Shown in pieces: positions 13,433 through 19,056 of a stretch of DNA of 19,056 bases. The stretch is from NCBI GenBank assembly GCA_041288095.1, contig JBGGMJ010000156.1, positions 1 to 19,056 of the forward strand. Direction: 5' to 3'. The stretch is from Myxococcota bacterium (GTDB taxonomy: Bacteria; Myxococcota; XYA12-FULL-58-9; JALHOP01). Each line of letters starts with the position of its first letter. The stretch's first letter is position 1. The notes beneath the pieces are model-generated. The model was not told the DNA's origin. It saw nothing but the letters and a program-made list of their open reading frames with translations, and made no database searches. The position numbers and the translations under genes are program-made.

Positions 13433-16084
13433 ATGTCGACCGCCGAAGACGAACGGCTTGCCGAAGATACGCTGCGTGATCGCTACTGGAAGCGATTTGG
13501 TCCCTACCTCGCCGAGCGCCAGTGGGGAACGGTGCGCGAAGATTACTCCGGCGATCAAAACGCCTGGGCGTACCTCACGCACGATCAAGCACGCAGTCGC
13601 GCCTATCGCTGGGGCGAAGACGGTCTCCTCGGCTTTTGTGATCGTCAAGCACGCCTGTGCTTCGCGCTGGCGCTGTGGAACGGCAACGACGCGATCCTCA
13701 AGGAGCGGCTCTTCGGCCTCACCGGCCCGGAAGGCAACCACGGTGAAGACGTCAAGGAGCTCTACTACTATCTCGACGCCACGCCGACCGCTTCGTACCT
13801 CAAGGCGCTCTACAAGTATCCGCAGGAGCAATTTCCGTACGAGTGGTTGGTACGGGAAGCCCAGGCACGCAAGCGCGACCTGAAGCTCCCGGAGCCCGAG
13901 CTCATCGATACCGGCATCTTCGAGCGCGGCTATTTCGATGTCCAAGTCGAGTACGCCAAAGCGGACCCCGACGACGTGCTCATTCGCATCGTCGTGACCA
14001 ACCGCGGCAAGCTTGCGGCACCGCTCTGGGTGCTCCCCACCTTGTGGTTTCGCAACACCTGGAGCTGGGGCAGGAGCGGCGAAGGTTATCCGCCAAAACC
14101 GTCCATCGAAGGGACGGACCCGCTGCACATGACCGCGGCGCACAGCGAGCTCGGCACCTACGTGCTCTCCTTCGACGAGCTCCCTGGAGTCGAGCGGCAG
14201 CTGTTCACCGACAACGAGACCAATGCCGAGAAGCTCTTCGGCACCAAGAGCACCTCACCGCACGTCAAGGACGCGTTCCATCGCTACCTCGTGGAGGGTG
14301 AGCACGACGCGGTCCGCGCGGAGAGCTCCGGCACCAAGGCCGCTTGGCTCTTCGCCGACCGGCTGGCCCCGGGTGAACGGCGCGTCCTGCGTCTCCGGCT
14401 CGCACGCAAGCAAAGCACCTTCACCGGCTTCGACGGCGTCATGGAGGCCCGTCGCGCGGAGGCAGACGCCTTTTACGCCGAGCGCGTCGTGCACGGCATG
14501 AGCGAGGACGAAAAGCGCGTCCATCGCCAGGCCTACGCCGGCTTGATCTGGTCGAAGCAGTTCTACACCTACGTGGTGAAGGACTGGCTCGAAGGCGATC
14601 CGAGCGCGCCGCCCCCACCAGCGGGTCACACGAGCGGCCGCAACCGCGACTGGCAACACGTCTTCATGCGCGACGTGCTGTCGATGCCGGACAGTTGGGA
14701 GTACCCGTGGTTCGCAGCCTGGGACCTCGCCTTCCACATGGTTCCGTTCGTGCGCATCGATCCGCAGTTCGCCAAGGATCAGCTCGTGCTGCTTTTGCGC
14801 GAGTGGTACATGCACCCGAACGGGCAGATCCCCGCGTACGAGTACGGTTTCGCGGACGTCAATCCGCCGGTGCACGCCTGGGCATGTTGGCAGGTCTACA
14901 AGCTCTCGGGCCGGCGCGATCATCTCTTCCTGTCGCGCGTGTTCAACAAGCTGCTGGTGAACTTCACCTGGTGGGTAAATCGCAAGGACGTGAGCGGGCG
15001 GCATCTCTTCGACGGCGGCTTCCTCGGACTCGACAACATCGGCGTCTTCGATCGCTCCCAGCCGTTACCGTCCGGCGTCTACATGGAGCAGGCAGATGGG
15101 ACCGCCTGGATGGCCTTCTTCTGCGCCGTCATGGTCGGCATCGCGCTCGAGCTCGCGGTCACCGATCCGGCGTACGAAGACATCGCCTCGAAGCTCTTCG
15201 AGCATTTCATCGCCATCGTCGACGCCATCAACCGCTTCGGCGGAACGGGCCTGTGGGACGAAGAAGACGGTTTCTATTACACGGTGCTCGACGCCGGCGG
15301 TAAGCGCATGCCGCTGCGCGTGCGCTCGATGGTCGGCGTCATTCCGCTGTTCGCGGCGCGCATTCTCGACGACGTCCAGCTCGAGCGCTTCCCTGGCTTT
15401 CGCAAGCGCATGAAGTGGTTCCTCGACAATCGCAAGGACCTCGCCGGCCAGATCGCGTTCGTCGACAACGATGGTGACGGCAAAGGCCTGCGCTTACTCG
15501 CCATCCCGTCGCGCGAACGTCTCGTGCGCGTCCTGCGCTACGTGCTCGACGAAGAAGAGATGCTGGCGCCGTACGGCGTGCGCGCCCTATCCAAAGCCCA
15601 CGGCAAGACCCCGTTCACCTTCGAGGCCGGCGGTCAGACCTATCGCTTGGGCTACGAGCCCGGTGACTCGCAGAGCTGGGTGTTCGGCGGCAACTCGAAC
15701 TGGCGCGGGCCCATCTGGTTTCCCCTCAATTTCCTGCTCATCGAGTGCCTCGAGCGCTACCACCGCTTCTACGGCGAGAGCTTGAAGGTCGAGATGCCCC
15801 ACGGCTCCGGCGTCATGATGACCCTGCGGGAAGTCGCGCGAGAGCTCGAACGGAGGCTCGCCGGTGTCTTCCTCGCGGGCAAAGATGGCCGGCGCCCGTG
15901 TCACGGCGACGTCGCGCTCTATGCCGACGATCCTCACTTCAAGGACCTCGTGCTCTTCTACGAATATTTCCACGGCGACGACGGCCGCGGCCTCGGAGCA
16001 TCGCACCAGACCGGTTGGACCGCGCTCGTGGCCCGGTGCATCGAGGACATAGCGCGCGACCGGACACGACGTCGGGATCCCTAA
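13433..16084 (+). CDS. GH63/MGH1-like glycoside hydrolase (glucosidase, (alpha/alpha)6 barrel)
   Basis: 883 aa. Family motifs 'GPYLAERQWGTVREDYS', 'SMPDSWEYPWFAAWDLAFH', 'GGFLGLDNIGVFDRS', 'GGNSNWRGPIWFP' and 'FYEYFHGDDGRGLGASHQTGWT'. Confidence 0.9.
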   Translation: MSTAEDERLAEDTLRDRYWKRFGPYLAERQWGTVREDYSGDQNAWAYLTHDQARSRAYRWGEDGLLGFCDRQARLCFALALWNGNDAILKERLFGLTGPEGNHGEDVKELYYYLDATPTASYLKALYKYPQEQFPYEWLVREAQARKRDLKLPEPELIDTGIFERGYFDVQVEYAKADPDDVLIRIVVTNRGKLAAPLWVLPTLWFRNTWSWGRSGEGYPPKPSIEGTDPLHMTAAHSELGTYVLSFDELPGVERQLFTDNETNAEKLFGTKSTSPHVKDAFHRYLVEGEHDAVRAESSGTKAAWLFADRLAPGERRVLRLRLARKQSTFTGFDGVMEARRAEADAFYAERVVHGMSEDEKRVHRQAYAGLIWSKQFYTYVVKDWLEGDPSAPPPPAGHTSGRNRDWQHVFMRDVLSMPDSWEYPWFAAWDLAFHMVPFVRIDPQFAKDQLVLLLREWYMHPNGQIPAYEYGFADVNPPVHAWACWQVYKLSGRRDHLFLSRVFNKLLVNFTWWVNRKDVSGRHLFDGGFLGLDNIGVFDRSQPLPSGVYMEQADGTAWMAFFCAVMVGIALELAVTDPAYEDIASKLFEHFIAIVDAINRFGGTGLWDEEDGFYYTVLDAGGKRMPLRVRSMVGVIPLFAARILDDVQLERFPGFRKRMKWFLDNRKDLAGQIAFVDNDGDGKGLRLLAIPSRERLVRVLRYVLDEEEMLAPYGVRALSKAHGKTPFTFEAGGQTYRLGYEPGDSQSWVFGGNSNWRGPIWFPLNFLLIECLERYHRFYGESLKVEMPHGSGVMMTLREVARELERRLAGVFLAGKDGRRPCHGDVALYADDPHFKDLVLFYEYFHGDDGRGLGASHQTGWTALVARCIEDIARDRTRRRDP

Positions 16085-16165
16085 ATCGTCGGCTCAGCGG
16101 GGCGCGTACGCGATTCGGAATTGTAGCGTTGCACTTCACGATCGACCGCGTGCATAAAGTCTGTC

Positions 16166-18700
16166 GTGCCGCTATTGCCCGAGAACCCAGAGGCCGTTCG
16201 CGCGTTCCTCGAGGCTGAGGACATCGCCGACAAAGCCGGGCAGCCGCTCTCCTCGGCGCATCTCCTCTTGGCGTTCTTTTGCTTCCCGAACCGGGCGCAA
16301 ACTTTGCTGGCCGAGCGCGGGGTCGACGAAGAGCGGATCATCGCGCAAATCCGCGTGCTCGAAGACGAGCCCAAACGCACCGTTCAGCGCCTGCGCGACC
16401 GAGCCCGCGACATCGCCAAGAGCGTTGGCGCCGACGACGTCGATTGCCTCCACATCTTGATCGCCATCACCCGGCTACGGGACGCGTTTGCCTACGTGCT
16501 GCTCGACAAGTGCGGCAGCTCGCTCACGGCGCTGCGCAACGTCGCGGTCAGTTACGTGACCGGAAGCCTCCCCCGCCGCTTCCGCACGTTGCCGCCGCCA
16601 AGCGAGACCACCTACGTTCAACCGCGTGGTCCGATGACGCGTACGGCGCCGTCGCAGGTGCTCGAGCGCGATGACCGTGGAGACGACGAATCGCCCCCCG
16701 TGCTCGAGGCCAAACCCGAGCCCGTGAAGCCGGCCGTCCCGAGAAAGCCACCGCCACCACTGCCACCGCCGCCGCCAACCCGCTATGGCAGACACGTGTC
16801 GTCGGCGCCGGGCGCCAAGCCGGCCACCGCCACGGTCACCACGACCGTCGAGCCCGAGAAACAGGCCGCGCCGCGGCCGAAGCTCGAAGAGCTCGCGCCG
16901 ACGTTGGCCGCGTGCGGCATCGATCTGACCGAGCAAGCCAAGAGCGGCCGCCTCGACATCGCCATTGGCCGCGAGCGCGAGCTCGAAGCGTTGATCGACA
17001 TCCTCGGCAAACGCCGGGCGAACAATCCGATCCTCGTGGGCCCGCCGGGCGTCGGCAAGACCGCTATCGTCGAGGGCCTGGCGGTCAAGGTCGCTCGCGG
17101 TGACGACGATGTGGCTCACTTCCGTGATCGTTACATCGTCGCATTGGACACCGGCGCCATGGTCGCGGGCACGTCGTTGCGCGGCGCCTTCAGCGAACGT
17201 CTAGGCGCCATCAAGGACGAGGTGGCTCGCGCCAACCAGCGAATCGTGGTGTTCATCGACGAGCTGCACACCCTGATCGGCGCGGGCTCGTCGGGCGAAG
17301 GCGCCCAAGACGCCGCGAACGAGCTCAAGGCTGCTCTCGCGCGCGGTGAGTTCCCCTGCATCGGCGCCACGACCCACGACGAGTTCAAGAAGTACGTCGA
17401 GAAGGACGCGGCGCTCGAGCGGCGCTTCACGCCGATCACCGTCGCCGAGCCGACCCCCGACGAAGCCATCTTGATCCTCGAGGGTGCCATTGGCGCCTAC
17501 GCTGATCACCACCAGGTCGCCTACAGCATCGACGCGGTCCACTCCGCGGTCCAGCTCTCGCATCGCTTCATCAACGAGCGCCACCTGCCCGACAAGGCGT
17601 TCGCCGTCGTCGACCTTGCCGGCTCACGTTGCCGCCGCCGCGGTTCTCGTCGTGTCGAGCGTATCGACATCGCGCGTGTCGTGCATGAGTGGTCTGGTGT
17701 TCCGCTCGAGCGGCTCGCCGACGCCGATGCCGATCGTTTCGCCCGCGCCGAAGAGCTGATGAGCCAGAAGCTCATCGGCCACCCGCATGTCGTCGAGACC
17801 GTCGCACGCGCCATCCGCCGCGGCTTCGCCGGCTTCAACGGCAAGCGTCCGATCTCGAGCTTCTTGTTCTTGGGTCCAACGGGCGTCGGCAAGACCGAGC
17901 TCGTGAAGATCCTCGCCGAGTTCCTCTTCGGCCGCCGCGACGCCATCGTCCGCGTCGATATGAGCGAGTTCTCCGAGCAGCACTCGGTGGCGCGGCTCAT
18001 CGGCGCGCAGCCGGGCTACGTGGGCTACGAAGAGGGTGGCTGGCTCACCGAGAAGCTCCGCCGCCGACCTTTCCAGATCGTCTTGTTCGACGAAATCGAG
18101 AAGGCGCACCGCGACGTGCTCAACGTCTTGTTGCAGATCCTCGACGAGGGCCACCTCACCGACTCGCGTGGCCGGCGCGTCTCGTTCGTCAACACCCTGG
18201 TGGTGCTGACCTCGAATCTCGGAGCCGGCGCCGTGGGCCGTTCCGGCAAGAGCATCGGCTTTAGCTCGAGCGACAGCGACGCCACGACCGGCAACCGCGA
18301 GCTCGTGCTCGAAGCGGCCCGCCACGAGATGGCACCCGAGCTTTGGGGCCGCCTCGATGAGCGCATGGTCTTTGATCCGCTATCGCGTGCACAAGTTCGC
18401 GAGGTCGCGAAGCTCCAGCTCGCCGAGTCCGCCGCGGCGCTGTTCGCCGAGCGGGCCGTCTCCTTGCAGTGGGAAGACGCGGTGCTCGACTTCTTGCTCG
18501 ACCACGGCGGTTTTGCCCCCGAGACCGGCGCCCGCGGCATGCGCCACACCATTCAACGTTATGTCGAAGCGCCCATCGCCGAGCGCGTCTTGTCGACCGA
18601 CCTGCAATCCGGCGACCTCGCCAACGTGACCCTGCGCGACGGCGCCGTCGTCGTCACCAAAAAGCGTAGCCGCTCGAAGTCGACCCGCGCCGCCAGCTGA
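16166..18700 (+). CDS. Hsp100/Clp ATPase, ClpA/ClpC-like: Clp_N domain, long Pro-rich linker, two AAA+ modules, no middle coiled-coil
   Basis: Clp_N 'LSSAHLLLAF' and 'VDCLHILIAI'. NBD1 'GPPGVGKT'/'VFIDELH'. NBD2 'GPTGVGKT'/'VLFDEIEKAH'. 'GYVGY' pore loop, ClpP-docking 'SIGF' loop, sensor 'GARGM'. Start is GTG 16166 or TTG 16175. Confidence 0.9.
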   Translation: MPLLPENPEAVRAFLEAEDIADKAGQPLSSAHLLLAFFCFPNRAQTLLAERGVDEERIIAQIRVLEDEPKRTVQRLRDRARDIAKSVGADDVDCLHILIAITRLRDAFAYVLLDKCGSSLTALRNVAVSYVTGSLPRRFRTLPPPSETTYVQPRGPMTRTAPSQVLERDDRGDDESPPVLEAKPEPVKPAVPRKPPPPLPPPPPTRYGRHVSSAPGAKPATATVTTTVEPEKQAAPRPKLEELAPTLAACGIDLTEQAKSGRLDIAIGRERELEALIDILGKRRANNPILVGPPGVGKTAIVEGLAVKVARGDDDVAHFRDRYIVALDTGAMVAGTSLRGAFSERLGAIKDEVARANQRIVVFIDELHTLIGAGSSGEGAQDAANELKAALARGEFPCIGATTHDEFKKYVEKDAALERRFTPITVAEPTPDEAILILEGAIGAYADHHQVAYSIDAVHSAVQLSHRFINERHLPDKAFAVVDLAGSRCRRRGSRRVERIDIARVVHEWSGVPLERLADADADRFARAEELMSQKLIGHPHVVETVARAIRRGFAGFNGKRPISSFLFLGPTGVGKTELVKILAEFLFGRRDAIVRVDMSEFSEQHSVARLIGAQPGYVGYEEGGWLTEKLRRRPFQIVLFDEIEKAHRDVLNVLLQILDEGHLTDSRGRRVSFVNTLVVLTSNLGAGAVGRSGKSIGFSSSDSDATTGNRELVLEAARHEMAPELWGRLDERMVFDPLSRAQVREVAKLQLAESAAALFAERAVSLQWEDAVLDFLLDHGGFAPETGARGMRHTIQRYVEAPIAERVLSTDLQSGDLANVTLRDGAVVVTKKRSRSKSTRAAS

Positions 18701-18714
18701 CGCACAGCTTTTTT
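18695..18714 (+). terminator. Weak candidate intrinsic terminator overlapping the clp stop codon
   Basis: AGCTG-ACGCA-CAGCT forms a 5-bp stem, followed by a T run ending at 18714. Confidence 0.4.
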
Positions 18715-18741
18715 GCACCTTTCCCGCGAAGACCACACACT
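18713..18741 (+). promoter_or_regulatory. Candidate sigma70-type promoter for ku (leaderless geometry)
   Basis: TTGCAC (18713-18718), 17 nt, CACACT (18736-18741), 7 nt, ATG (18749). Confidence 0.45.
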
Positions 18742-18748
18742 TAGGGTC

Positions 18749-19056
18749 ATGGCTCCACGTTCCATGGCCACGGCCACCATTTCGTTCGGCCTCGTGTCGA
18801 TCCCCGTCAAGCTCTTCTCGACCGCATCGAGCTCCGCCGGCGTCCATTTCAACCTCATCCACGCGAAGTGCGGCACGCGTATCAAGCAGCAGTACTACTG
18901 CCCGACCGACGAAGAGATCGTGCCCTACGACGACCTCGTCCGCGGCTACGAGTTCGCCAAGAACAAGTACGTCACCTTCACGTCGGAAGAGCTCGACGCC
19001 ATCGAAGCGCAATCGACGCAGACCATCGAGATCACCGAGTTCCTGCCGCTCGCAGA
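18749..19056 (+). CDS. ku: Non-homologous end-joining protein Ku, 3'-truncated and absent from the supplied ORF track
   Basis: Manual translation gives MAPRSMATATISFGLVSIPVKLFSTASSSAGVHFNLIHAKCGTRIKQQYYCPTDEEIVPYDDLVRGYEFAKNKYVTFTSEELDAIE..., the bacterial Ku N-terminus (ISFGLVxIPVKL; RI..YYCP; GYE). Confidence 0.95.
   Translation, partial: MAPRSMATATISFGLVSIPVKLFSTASSSAGVHFNLIHAKCGTRIKQQYYCPTDEEIVPYDDLVRGYEFAKNKYVTFTSEELDAIEAQSTQTIEITEFLPLA

Noticed and set aside
12741..14143. Long alternative ORFs (380 aa on +, 340 aa on -) spanning the methyltransferase/GH63 junction
   Set aside because: They are antisense or shifted shadows of two well-supported genes. Stop-poor frames are expected at this GC content, and I see no recognisable motifs.
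18380..19012. 210-aa - strand ORF at the right end
   Set aside because: It is the antisense shadow of clp and ku. The + strand Ku frame from 18749 is unmistakable.
3361..19056. dinG, recO and ku as a dedicated DNA-repair or type IV CRISPR (CasDinG) island
   Set aside because: The three genes are in different transcription units separated by unrelated genes, and no cas genes or repeat-spacer array are visible.

Overview
High-GC bacterial chromosomal segment, most likely from Myxococcota (inferred from a Tgl-type pilotin and myxobacteria-style J-domain/TPR and SppA proteins). It is densely coding, with 13 supportable CDS. On the + strand: a HEAT-repeat protein (partial), an LpoA-like lipoprotein, an M50 site-2 protease and a DinG/YoaA helicase. 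These converge on a 310-bp, CTAG-rich, strongly palindromic intergenic region. A - strand operon runs recO > beta-barrel-SppA fusion > J-like/TPR protein. Then come an orphan ~596-aa + strand gene with a sigma28-like promoter, tgl, an LCM-type methyltransferase head-to-head with a GH63 glucosidase, an atypical ClpA/C-like ATPase and the start of Ku. I saw no CRISPR array, tRNA, rRNA or transposase. The most interesting signals are the FadL/PorV-like barrel fused to SppA and coupled to an HTD (non-HPD) J-protein with a probable CTG start, the structured CTAG-bracketed spacer, the orphan gene with a possible peptidoglycan-binding motif, and apparent leaderless promoters. All family calls come from motif recognition by eye; no searches were run.
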